A stretch of 64,000 bases of DNA from positions 96,001-160,000 of IMG/VR virus record IMGVR_UViG_3300022745_000018; one strand, written 5' to 3'. The DNA is from a virus. Below the pieces are notes generated by a model. It did not search any database and was not told where the DNA came from. It was given only the letters and a program-made list of their open reading frames with translations. Positions 17,753 to 26,674 of this stretch are shown in pieces (position 1 is the stretch's first letter; each line of letters starts with the position of its first letter). Made by a program: the position numbers and the translations under genes.

Positions 17753-18302
17753 TCAATCCAATGAATTTGGATACCGATAGAAGTTTCTTGGCGATGTATC
17801 CACCGACAGTAGTTGAATCGGTCATGCTAGATATCGGTTTGTCCCAGATTGTTTCGACGGCCAATTTTGTCTCTAAGATAGATGCTTGTTTTGCGATAAT
17901 TGACGAATTTTCAATTTCGGCCAATGTTGCACCTGAACCACCAGAGGTATTTACTGTCTGTGCTTGCACGGGAACAACAGATCTTATTAGAACATTGTAG
18001 GTACCCAAAGTTGGGACTAACGGATCTCCACCGCCATCAACGAATAGATTGCCGGTAATCGTCAGTGTATGCGATGCTTCCATCGGGCGAACACGCCAAC
18101 CATTCTGAAGAAAGTAATACGGAGGAATTGAGATGCCACCACCCAAGTCATCACCACCCACCGTCTTGAATGCAGGTAAGTATTTAGAATTGTCGCCAAT
18201 AGTTATCCAATCAACCCACCTAGAATATATTTCAGCGGCGCTGACTGTTGCGCTATCCAAGACAATTCTTTTAGATGCTGGGTCGAAAAGAATGGCCATC
18301 AC
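17748..18302 (-). CDS. putative virion structural protein
   Basis: Last gene of the late-looking module; N-terminus resembles that of the 450 aa neighbour. Confidence 0.6.
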   Translation of the reverse strand: MMAILFDPASKRIVLDSATVSAAEIYSRWVDWITIGDNSKYLPAFKTVGGDDLGGGISIPPYYFLQNGWRVRPMEASHTLTITGNLFVDGGGDPLVPTLGTYNVLIRSVVPVQAQTVNTSGGSGATLAEIENSSIIAKQASILETKLAVETIWDKPISSMTDSTTVGGYIAKKLLSVSKFIGLK

Positions 18303-18320
18303 TAATCGTTCATGAAAACA

Positions 18321-18343
18321 ATAAAGGGATTTAACCCTCTATT
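18321..18343 (-). terminator. possible weak terminator hairpin
   Basis: ATAGAGGG-TTAAAT-CCCTTTAT followed by TGTTTT on the minus strand. Confidence 0.4.
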
Positions 18344-18347
18344 GTGC

Positions 18348-19700
18348 TTACGAGTAAACCCTGTCCTGCTCAGCGACTAGAGATAACGTAATTGTTTTAG
18401 ATCTTGTTAGTGTTCCTGTTGTCACCACAAACTTTCCGGAACCTGGCTTAATACCAATCAGAGTAACTGCTCTATCCGTTCCACCAGTAAATCCGCCCTG
18501 CGTATTGCCATCGTAGTCATATGTAAACGAGATAGAACCTGAAGAAATTGTACCAGTGATAGGTGTACCGGATGCATCATTAACTGTGATTGCACCGGAT
18601 TCGCCGTAATCATTACCAGTGCCGGGAGGAGATGTGAACATCAGACGATATGACGAACCTGCACCAATCAGAGGTGAATTAGCACTAATCACACCAGAAG
18701 AACTGTATGGGTTAGTGCGCTTTGTATTTGAATCGTCGTAGAACTCAACTCTGTTACTATCAGCAGAGGCAACGTTATCAATGTAGACCGATTGGCTAGT
18801 GACCAACGTATCACCAACGAATGTTAGCAAGTCTGGTTGAATCTTACCAATCTTTGCACCAGCTGTACCGGAAGAATTGATATCTGATGACTGTCTCAGC
18901 AGATACTGAATCTTCGTGTAAATCTGTTCCAAAGATGCACCATTGCCATTGATGATGATCTTGAAATTATACGAAGTACCACCAATCGTCCTTGATTGGT
19001 TTGCCGTGTAATATGACACAGTGATACCTGAATACGGTGAACCCGTCATTGCCCCGTCGGCAGCTTGAATCTTCAAGTCATCTTCGTTGGCGATCAAGAA
19101 GTTAACTTTGTAAGCACCTGTACCAGTCGCACCGGTATCAGCCAAGATAGATGACTTGTACTTTTTACCATATTCACGAACGAATGTCTTGGCGTATGTT
19201 CGTTTATCTAGGTTGCCGTTCGTTGCATCACCAAACACTTGAACACCGACGTTGAATTGGTCAGTGAATGGGAAGTTGATTGGGGAATCAGTGGCACCTA
19301 GGTGGTAATACGGTTGAGCACCAACGTTGATAGAACCCAAGCCAATGAAACCGGCATATTGACGTTGCAGCAAACCAGCAGACGAATACTCTGACCAACC
19401 ACCATCACGTAACATATTGCGAGTGGTATCATCAAACCAAGTCCAACCTGAATACGTTGCACCATCAGTACCCAACTGAAACTGACCTGACAATGCGTCA
19501 ATCGCATACATCGGGAACGGTGAATCTTGATACGTTACAGTCGCCCACGAGTCCACCAATTTCGAATAGACGGCCTGCAGTGTAACGCCGTCTTTCGCAA
19601 CCAAGTTGCCAGTTGCGACTAATCTAATCGTCTTTGCAGTTTCGTCGATGATGATCTCTGTGCCGACGTTTAGCAGGGACTTATTTGTAATTTTTGCCAT
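18348..19700 (-). CDS. putative virion structural protein, 450 aa
   Basis: Thr/Gly/Ser-rich beta-type composition; GAGG RBS; AATAAATA upstream. Confidence 0.65.
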   Translation of the reverse strand: MAKITNKSLLNVGTEIIIDETAKTIRLVATGNLVAKDGVTLQAVYSKLVDSWATVTYQDSPFPMYAIDALSGQFQLGTDGATYSGWTWFDDTTRNMLRDGGWSEYSSAGLLQRQYAGFIGLGSINVGAQPYYHLGATDSPINFPFTDQFNVGVQVFGDATNGNLDKRTYAKTFVREYGKKYKSSILADTGATGTGAYKVNFLIANEDDLKIQAADGAMTGSPYSGITVSYYTANQSRTIGGTSYNFKIIINGNGASLEQIYTKIQYLLRQSSDINSSGTAGAKIGKIQPDLLTFVGDTLVTSQSVYIDNVASADSNRVEFYDDSNTKRTNPYSSSGVISANSPLIGAGSSYRLMFTSPPGTGNDYGESGAITVNDASGTPITGTISSGSISFTYDYDGNTQGGFTGGTDRAVTLIGIKPGSGKFVVTTGTLTRSKTITLSLVAEQDRVYS

Positions 19701-19729
19701 GTTTCAATCCTCTAATTTCAAGTATTTAT

Positions 19730-22525
19730 TTACGAATAGTTTCTATCGACAACTAAACTAACTGGTATCGTTGAATTTGTTGTCGTGAGGGCCAGGTTGC
19801 GAATATAGTAAGGTACATACCCGGCTTTAATGAAACCTACATCGATGTTCTGAGTACCAGAATATGTATATGTATACGAAGACGTTGAATTTGCATCCAC
19901 GCTCGCAAGAATTGTTGTCGTGCCACTTGATAAGATCACGACATCGCACCCAGTTGGTAAACCAGTGAACGTTACTGTGTTGGAGTCAAGCGCATAGTAA
20001 TTAGCTTGCGCGGTTGCCGTTGAAATGGTATTGACATAGAACGATGTGATCGCCGTGGTATTGGTGACGGTCGTTGTTATCTTTAGACGCAACTTCACGC
20101 CTTTTGTTGGATCTAATACACCCAAGCCGTTGAGTGCTGTACCAAGTGTCGTTGCTGTGTAGTTGGCTGTAGTCATTGTTGACCAACCAACGCCATCGTT
20201 TTTATCTACAGAGAAGTTGTAGTTATAGTTAGTTGCAGTACCACCAGCCATGACCGCTGCTGAGTTGGTGAATTGTGTATGACCGAGGGCATAGTACAGC
20301 ATTTCAAAGGTTGCAGTTTGCCCGATGGTTGGCATGTATAGACCGCCAGCTGCAGTGAACGCAGAACCATTTGTCAACGCAACTTGCGAAGCAGTCGCCG
20401 TTGTCGCCTCATTCATTAGAATCGCAATTCTACCAGTTGTGGTTGCGGTGAAATGATCAAACCAATGTGTCCCGTACACGGCAGTTTGTGCAGCGTATGT
20501 AGGTGTAGAACCACAACCGCGCGTCGTCATATTCAACATACTATTAACCGGGGCATCAGCATAATCACCCATACAATTATCCGAGAAGATAAATGTTGAT
20601 GAGTTGTCACCAGAATATAAATTCGTCCTCGTCCCTGAACAGAACAACCTTTGCATATAGATATATGAAGCAGCGGCACCAGCGCCGATGGCGCAAACAG
20701 TACCAGTCTGATTCACAGAACCCAAAGATAATTGAGACAATGGGGAAGTCCCAATATTGCGTAATTTGATCCTAGTGCAACCAGCAGCGTTGATTGATAG
20801 AATGGCGGTATAAGGATGAGCATCAGCTAAACCACCGAAAGTTAAGCCATCAAACATGCAATCTGACGTAGCTAAGGCAGTCTCCCATACTGACATTGGG
20901 TTTGTTATTGCTGTTGCTACACCGGAATCGTAATACACTGCATTAGTGAACTTTAGATTATTACATGCCGTTAATAGATATCTTCCATGACCTATCACTG
21001 GCTTCGTCCAAGTGCACGATCCCACACGAGTTAGCGTTGCGCAACCAGTCGTCGCATTGGCTCTAATGACAAATGAGAATTCTTTACACGAATTGAAGTT
21101 AAACCCCGTCATGTCGGATAAGGATGACACGTATCTACCAGCAAGTGCAAGTGTAGCTGACGTGAAGACGCAGCCATTAAAATCACCACCAGCGAAACAC
21201 AGAGACATCAGTAAACCGAATTGAGCATTAGCTGCTTCTTGTCCAACAGCAACACGATATATCTTCATTGGCTGAGCGATCTCAGATAGAGACAATTGTG
21301 TAGCCACTGCAGCAAATCTCATCTCTACTGAGTACGACTGGCTGAATGACGGATACCAATTCAATAGTACCTTGTTCATCTTAGTCACTCCACCACCGGT
21401 AGTAGTAAAGTCAAATCGCGTCGCTAATGTTGCGTTCGGTAAAACGTTAGCGGTTCTAGCAGCCGTCGTATTATTTGCCGTAATGATGTTAGGGATTCTA
21501 ACTCTTCTACCCGATGTAGGTACATAACCAACAGTGTTTGTACCGTCGGAACCAAATCTCAGAACGCCAGCGGTAGATACCCAACAGACTTTTCCACGAA
21601 CCGCATCCGTTGGTGTAGACGCAGCAGCCAAAAGAGAACCTGCACATGGGTATGCTTCAGGCACAACAGCTGAACCGCCGGAAACATATGTGCCTGGATT
21701 TGCACTGGTGACGGTGAATGATGTAGATGTCACTGCGGTGATTTCTAAATCAGCTACGTTGTACCCAGATGGTGAAGCACCAGTCACGGTGACTTCGTCT
21801 CCGACTAAGAATGTGTTGCTTGAACACTGGTATGTGATGGAACCACCGGAATATGAAGCACCAGTGATAGTGACCACATCTGAATCGACATAGACGGCTG
21901 GGTAATACTGAATACCACCGTTAGTCGGTAATTGATATGTTGTTGTTGATAGACCAGATGTCGTACCGGCTGAATACCATGCACCATAGATCTCAACTGA
22001 ACCGAGGCGGTTCACTATGAACCCAGCCGACTCATCACCATTTACTTCAATGAATCCAATTGTGGGTGCACCAGAAATAGTGAATGTGAAACCTGCCTGT
22101 GTGAATGTGCCACTTGATGGCAATGTGCCAGAAACATTGGTGACTTTAAGGAAACCTGTTGCCACACCTGTTAAAACTGGAGCAACGTTGACGGCTGAAT
22201 ATAAACCGATTGTGTTTGCAGTTGTCGTGGATAAAGTAATTGGCGCACCTGCGGTCAATGAACCAGAACCAGCAGTGAATGGGATCAACCAGACCTTCGT
22301 TGCATCGATGATAAACTTACCACCCTTTGATGCATTGATGGTAATGTTCCCCCATGTTGTTGAAGTAGTGCCGCCTAAACCATACCGGCTATCCTGATCT
22401 TGAGTGACAGTCCAACCGTTCGTATCAATAGTGTCACCGCCAGTTCTAGCAGTAGCGACACCCCAAATTGCGGCATTACCTACATCTCGTAGGGTACCGT
22501 TGCCGGCCATGGTAAAAGCAGTCAT
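19730..22525 (-). CDS. large putative fibre/spike protein with beta-helix-like middle, 931 aa
   Basis: Very Thr/Ala/Gly-rich; repetitive beta-strand spacing in the central region. Confidence 0.65.
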   Translation of the reverse strand: MTAFTMAGNGTLRDVGNAAIWGVATARTGGDTIDTNGWTVTQDQDSRYGLGGTTSTTWGNITINASKGGKFIIDATKVWLIPFTAGSGSLTAGAPITLSTTTANTIGLYSAVNVAPVLTGVATGFLKVTNVSGTLPSSGTFTQAGFTFTISGAPTIGFIEVNGDESAGFIVNRLGSVEIYGAWYSAGTTSGLSTTTYQLPTNGGIQYYPAVYVDSDVVTITGASYSGGSITYQCSSNTFLVGDEVTVTGASPSGYNVADLEITAVTSTSFTVTSANPGTYVSGGSAVVPEAYPCAGSLLAAASTPTDAVRGKVCWVSTAGVLRFGSDGTNTVGYVPTSGRRVRIPNIITANNTTAARTANVLPNATLATRFDFTTTGGGVTKMNKVLLNWYPSFSQSYSVEMRFAAVATQLSLSEIAQPMKIYRVAVGQEAANAQFGLLMSLCFAGGDFNGCVFTSATLALAGRYVSSLSDMTGFNFNSCKEFSFVIRANATTGCATLTRVGSCTWTKPVIGHGRYLLTACNNLKFTNAVYYDSGVATAITNPMSVWETALATSDCMFDGLTFGGLADAHPYTAILSINAAGCTRIKLRNIGTSPLSQLSLGSVNQTGTVCAIGAGAAASYIYMQRLFCSGTRTNLYSGDNSSTFIFSDNCMGDYADAPVNSMLNMTTRGCGSTPTYAAQTAVYGTHWFDHFTATTTGRIAILMNEATTATASQVALTNGSAFTAAGGLYMPTIGQTATFEMLYYALGHTQFTNSAAVMAGGTATNYNYNFSVDKNDGVGWSTMTTANYTATTLGTALNGLGVLDPTKGVKLRLKITTTVTNTTAITSFYVNTISTATAQANYYALDSNTVTFTGLPTGCDVVILSSGTTTILASVDANSTSSYTYTYSGTQNIDVGFIKAGYVPYYIRNLALTTTNSTIPVSLVVDRNYS

Positions 22526-22529
22526 CTAA

Positions 22530-22757
22530 TTAACCTAAAAGAATCGCGAAATTTTGATCTATGAGTTTAGCATCAATAAGTATAGCAGATTGGTCGATCA
22601 AAGACAGTTCCTTTAAGAACTCTTCGATGTATGAGAACTGACTCGTCTGAATCCAATTATTGACATTCGTCTCGTTCATATCAGTGATGCTTGATGTGAT
22701 ATACGACCAATCCAATTGAATCCAACCGTCTGGAAAAACTAACAGAATGTCACTCAT
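22530..22757 (-). CDS. hypothetical acidic protein
   Basis: Operon packing. Confidence 0.6.
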   Translation of the reverse strand: MSDILLVFPDGWIQLDWSYITSSITDMNETNVNNWIQTSQFSYIEEFLKELSLIDQSAILIDAKLIDQNFAILLG

Positions 22758-22951
22758 TTCTCAACCCTCGCATAAATGCCATACGAACGCAGCTCAGTGA
22801 GCAGCAGTGAATCTGGATTTTCCAGAGATAGAGAAAGTTCTACACCCTTTGCAGTCGACTTGTACTTTATTGATGTTACCCCAGGAAGCACCTTACCTTT
22901 CCAGTAAAAATACTTCCCAACTATTGCATAATTATTACTTACAATGTTCAT
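22754..22951 (-). CDS. hypothetical protein
   Basis: Strong GGGAGG RBS; late-type promoter upstream. Confidence 0.7.
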   Translation of the reverse strand: MNIVSNNYAIVGKYFYWKGKVLPGVTSIKYKSTAKGVELSLSLENPDSLLLTELRSYGIYARVEK

Positions 22952-22976
22952 TCAACCTCCCTGTTGATTACAATTG

Positions 22977-22984
22977 AATTTAAT
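22977..22984 (-). promoter_or_regulatory. putative gp55 late promoter (ATTAAATT)
   Basis: Recurs in intergenic positions upstream of structural genes. Confidence 0.6.
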
Positions 22985-22991
22985 CAAGGGA

Positions 22992-23726
22992 TTATGAATA
23001 TGTGTACGACGATCTATCGGTCCAACGGCATAAGAAGTCAGATGAGCCGTTCGCCCATGTTTCTGTTACATCACCTTCGGCATTTATCAGGATTTTGCGA
23101 ATTCTCCATGAAGGGGAACCCTCGGCTGTTCCGGGAGCAGCTTCTCCTTTATAAAGCAGTTCGTCGCTCACAGTATCAATTCTCTTTGAATATAACATTT
23201 CTTCCTCTGATGTAGATGATCCTGGTGTTTGGTAGATGAACTTTCGTTTAGATGACGACCAGACCAAAGTCTGACCGTCCATTGGATTACCTACAACATC
23301 ATCCATTCGTGTGATCTGGACTTCACCAGAACCTACACCGGATATCATGGTGGGTATCGACTTCACGTCTCGTTCAATCATCTGAAGTTGACGGCGAAGA
23401 ACCTCAAGTTCATCCTTCAGTTTCTTTACACTATCGTTGGCGATAGCATCGGTTTCATTGGCTGTCTTTTCAAGTTTTTCCTGAACATCCGCGACAGCTT
23501 CTTCAAGTTGAGATTCTAGAGTTTTTACTAATTCGACAACAGTTTCTTTACCAATTGGTTTAGAAGCTTCTTTTACTTTCTTGGCTTCTTTTACTGTATC
23601 AAATAACTCAGATAGTAAAGGACCTACACTTTCTTTCTTCCGCTCTAATTCCGCTGCTTCTTTTGCAGCTTTTTCTTCATTTGCTTTTTTGATTAAAGCA
23701 GCGAAATCTTTTAACTTTTCTGTCAT
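22992..23726 (-). CDS. coiled-coil protein with C-terminal phage virion-type domain
   Basis: Lys/Glu coiled coil, GVGSGEV linker, C-terminal Y.GEA.PG.....WRI.KI...WA.G..DF...W.DR..YTYS. Confidence 0.7.
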   Translation of the reverse strand: MTEKLKDFAALIKKANEEKAAKEAAELERKKESVGPLLSELFDTVKEAKKVKEASKPIGKETVVELVKTLESQLEEAVADVQEKLEKTANETDAIANDSVKKLKDELEVLRRQLQMIERDVKSIPTMISGVGSGEVQITRMDDVVGNPMDGQTLVWSSSKRKFIYQTPGSSTSEEEMLYSKRIDTVSDELLYKGEAAPGTAEGSPSWRIRKILINAEGDVTETWANGSSDFLCRWTDRSSYTYS

Positions 23727-23728
23727 AG

Positions 23729-24343
23729 TTATTCGTTAAGGATAAAGGTTGTTGAATCTAACGGTTCAGCAATTCCCTTATTCATTTTTCTGTATTCTAT
23801 CAAAGACTTCATTCTTGATTTAGTTTCTTCTGCCGAAAACCAAATCTCTACACCTTTACTAATATCAGCAAGCTCTTCGTCTGTTAGAAAACCAGAATAA
23901 GTCTTTCTTTCGATGTTTCTCCAGATTTCATGAAAACTATTGGCATTCTTCTTTACATTAGTCACATGACTAACCGGTGGACTGTAATGAGCAGAATGAC
24001 ACATTATCGCTGCAGAGTCAGTAATAGTCACTTTGTCTGAATTCAACATTATCAATGTACCAGCTGACATACATTCGCCTTCGATGATAGAATGAATTTT
24101 GGCTTTAGACCTATTCATTGCCTCAATGATACCCAAAGCAGCATATACATTGCCACCTTCTGTATTGATGTAGAAAATGACCTCATCATTTTCTGTGGCG
24201 GTGTTCAATAGATGCTTCAGCTGTCTGTAATGGCTGGCTCCGACGATCGGTTCGTCCAGAAAGACATGATACTGCTTATTGACGTTTTCATGGATTTCGA
24301 TGTACCCATCAGTGGATTCTTCGTCTTCGTACTCTTCTGCCAT
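23729..24343 (-). CDS. ClpP-like serine protease (peptidase S14)
   Basis: YINTEGG, CMSAGT (catalytic Ser), IMCH (His), WFSAEE. Confidence 0.88.
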   Translation of the reverse strand: MAEEYEDEESTDGYIEIHENVNKQYHVFLDEPIVGASHYRQLKHLLNTATENDEVIFYINTEGGNVYAALGIIEAMNRSKAKIHSIIEGECMSAGTLIMLNSDKVTITDSAAIMCHSAHYSPPVSHVTNVKKNANSFHEIWRNIERKTYSGFLTDEELADISKGVEIWFSAEETKSRMKSLIEYRKMNKGIAEPLDSTTFILNE

Positions 24344-24363
24344 CGTTCAACTCCTAGTCCATG

Positions 24364-24371
24364 AATTTAAT
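24364..24371 (-). promoter_or_regulatory. putative late promoter (ATTAAATT)
   Basis: Upstream of the AGGAG RBS of the protease gene. Confidence 0.6.
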
Positions 24372-24476
24372 CACATCCAGCATCATCAAATCATGAAAAT
24401 ATTTGTAACTAAGTGTAACAAACTATCATCAAAATCATCCAAAGCCATATCCAGATTCACTTTCGATGCTCGCTAA

Positions 24477-24511
24477 AAAAATTTTACATTTCTTGAAGCA
24501 CTCGTTATAAT
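24477..24511 (+). promoter_or_regulatory. class A sigma70-like promoter (TTTACA-N17-TATAAT) firing into non-coding DNA
   Basis: A-tract, near-consensus hexamers, 17 bp spacer. Confidence 0.8.
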
Positions 24512-24638
24512 ATTCATATAGAAGCCCTAAAAGTGATCTATTTTCGCTGCGCTCAAAGAGATCGTGTTCTAAATCTATGAGACTTGAATGATATCTAGAA
24601 CTGTACTAGATGTCGTAATAGACCTATAACTAATGAAA

Positions 24639-24673
24639 TTGCATGCGTAGCATGCAAATGTGCGTAGCACATT
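24639..24673 (+). repeat. two adjacent hairpins with GCGTAGC (GNA triloop) cores
   Basis: TTGCATGC-GTA-GCATGCAA and AATGTGC-GTA-GCACATT. Confidence 0.85.
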
Positions 24674-24749
24674 CATAGATCTCATCTGTAATTATGAATA
24701 TCTTAAAGAATATCTAGACGCGTACATGCATGCGCGTAGAGAATCAACG

Positions 24750-24837
24750 ATCCAGTGTTTCCAGACACTCCAGAAGATCATACCAATGGTATCCAACAGA
24801 CAAGTACTATTGAAGTGAATCCAGATGCATCCAGATG
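24750..24837 (+). repeat. phased TCCAG repeats
   Basis: Copies at 24751, 24760, 24769, 24820, 24830. Confidence 0.6.
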
Positions 24838-24887
24838 TTACTACAGTCCATATCATCTGATAGTATGGATGTAGATTAAATTTATTC

Positions 24888-25364
24888 ATGAAATCCGTCA
24901 AACGAAAGTCCAGATACAAACAAGGTGTCTATAATCCAAAGTACCCAGAAAAGTATCAAGGTACAGTACCAATCATCTACAGATCATCCTGGGAGAAACG
25001 GTTCATGGTTTACTTAGACTTAGAACCATCAGTCATTCTATGGGCATCTGAGTCATTAGTAGTTCCATACATCAGTCCAGTAGATAACAGACCACATCGT
25101 TATTTCGTTGACTTTTTGGCTCAAATGAAAAGAAAAGATGGTTCAGTGAAAAATTATGCAATTGAATTGAAACCTAAAAAAGAAATGATGGAACCAAAGC
25201 AACCAAAAAAGATTCCCAGAGATGCAAAGAAGATTGAACGTTTGATCACAGAAGCAAATACCTATTCAGTCAATAAAGCAAAATGGGAAGCTGCTGACGA
25301 ATATTGCAGAAAAAGAAACGTGACTTTCATTGTCCTAAATGAAGAAGATATTGGAATAGTATGA
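24888..25364 (+). CDS. 4: head completion nuclease gp4 (TnsA-like)
   Basis: PEKY.G....IYRSSWE, WASE...PY.SPVD...HRYF.DF, IELKP, VNKAKWEAA. Confidence 0.95.
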   Translation: MKSVKRKSRYKQGVYNPKYPEKYQGTVPIIYRSSWEKRFMVYLDLEPSVILWASESLVVPYISPVDNRPHRYFVDFLAQMKRKDGSVKNYAIELKPKKEMMEPKQPKKIPRDAKKIERLITEANTYSVNKAKWEAADEYCRKRNVTFIVLNEEDIGIV

Positions 25365-25984
25365 ATCAGCAAAACAGAAACCAGTCGATCTTTGAACAGA
25401 TTAAGCAGAATCCAGATTTTCATCAGAAGAATGCCATCAATTGGTTTAAGAAGATCATCAAAGAATTGGGTGATTACGATAAAGCAGCTTTACTTAGGAC
25501 TACGAAAGACATTCAGACATCCAGACTTTTTCCTGGTGCAATGAACTTTTATGTATATGATCCAAAGACAAAAGAGAAATTGCCCTATTATGACAAATTC
25601 CCGTTGGTTCTGATAATTGGGATTACTGATAAGGGATTCTCTGGTATCAATTTCCATTACTTACCAATACCAATCAGAATCAAATTGTATGAAAAGATTG
25701 ATGCTCTGTCGAAGATGAAGAAGTATTCTCAGCAAAGGATTCTTCAATTGACTTGGGAAACCTTATTGAATGCGTCGAGATTCCCTGAGGTTAGACCGGC
25801 AATCAAACAGTACTTGTTTGGTCACATCAGATCACGAATCATCAAAGTTCCGTTAGAAGACTGGAAGACAGCTCTGATGTTGCCTAACGAGGACTTCGCT
25901 AAAGTATCCACCGCTACAGTTCATCGCATCTCTGCTGCATCATTGTCAAGAAGACCATCGAGACGTGCTAAAGGTAGACTGTGA
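25361..25984 (+). CDS. 2: DNA end protector gp2
   Basis: YDPKTKEKLPYYDKFPLV, GINFHYLP, K.YL..H.RS, W..A..LP. Confidence 0.94.
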   Translation: MNQQNRNQSIFEQIKQNPDFHQKNAINWFKKIIKELGDYDKAALLRTTKDIQTSRLFPGAMNFYVYDPKTKEKLPYYDKFPLVLIIGITDKGFSGINFHYLPIPIRIKLYEKIDALSKMKKYSQQRILQLTWETLLNASRFPEVRPAIKQYLFGHIRSRIIKVPLEDWKTALMLPNEDFAKVSTATVHRISAASLSRRPSRRAKGRL

Positions 25985-25987
25985 ACT

Positions 25988-26021
25988 AAAATTTTACATT
26001 TGAATTTGTGGTAGTTATAAT
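25988..26021 (+). promoter_or_regulatory. class A sigma70-like promoter for 55-47-46
   Basis: AAAATTTTACA-N17-TATAAT. Confidence 0.8.
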
Positions 26022-26047
26022 TGAATTATTTGTGAAACTCTTTATCA

Positions 26048-26674
26048 ATGTCGTACGTAAAAAACAAAGATCTATATGAAGCTTATGTTGCATTCAAACG
26101 CGACATTAAAGAAGCTGAATCAAACGGCGAACCTCTACCACCAATTCCAAGATTCATTGCTGAATCGTTCACGAAGATTGCGACCAAGCTATCGCATAGT
26201 TACAATTTCGTGAACTATCCATATAGGGATGAGATGATTGCTGAGGCGGTCTTGAAGTGCGTCAAGAAGGCATACAAGTTTGATCCAGATGCTTCACAGA
26301 ATCCATTTGCGTACTATATGCAGACATGCTGGAACGAATTTCTTGTAGTGATCAAGCGAGAGCAAAAAGAGACATCAATCAAAGCAAAGATGCTCCGCAA
26401 TACGGATATGTCAGTCTATGCAGAGCATGCTCAACATGATGATGAGGGTGGTAATGCATTCGTCGAGTTCCTGAAGGAAAACGATGTCTATGTCGATTAC
26501 ATTGAACAATCGAAGCAGAATAGAGCTGAAAAGAATTCCACTGGTCAACTCCATCCGTCTTTGCGCCATCGTAACCTAACTCCTTATAAAAAGAAGGAAG
26601 CTGTTGTTACTGAAGTAGTTCCTCCGGTTATTGACGATGATGACATTGTTGATCTATGGGGGAGTGATGAATGA
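26048..26674 (+). CDS. 55: late sigma factor gp55
   Basis: YV.NK, IA..LS...NF.NYPYRDEMI, FDP....NPFAY..Q. Confidence 0.96.
   Translation: MSYVKNKDLYEAYVAFKRDIKEAESNGEPLPPIPRFIAESFTKIATKLSHSYNFVNYPYRDEMIAEAVLKCVKKAYKFDPDASQNPFAYYMQTCWNEFLVVIKREQKETSIKAKMLRNTDMSVYAEHAQHDDEGGNAFVEFLKENDVYVDYIEQSKQNRAEKNSTGQLHPSLRHRNLTPYKKKEAVVTEVVPPVIDDDDIVDLWGSDE

Noticed and set aside
24372-24887. Possible CRISPR mini-array
   Set aside because: Repeats are only 5-7 bp, there is no constant repeat-spacer period and no cas gene.
24692-24919. 75 aa minus-strand ORF in the large intergenic region
   Set aside because: Overlaps the gp4 start; its Trp/Ile-rich sequence is a by-product of the TCCAG repeats.
24888-25364. 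TnsA-like nuclease suggesting a Tn7 element
   Set aside because: Motifs and position next to gp2 identify it as head completion protein gp4; no tnsB/C or transposon ends.
25998-26018. Reverse class B box inside the gp55 promoter spacer, sharing 15 bp with 63681-63695
   Set aside because: No -10 hexamer at the 14 nt position on the minus strand, so not counted as a promoter; an operator role cannot be supported.
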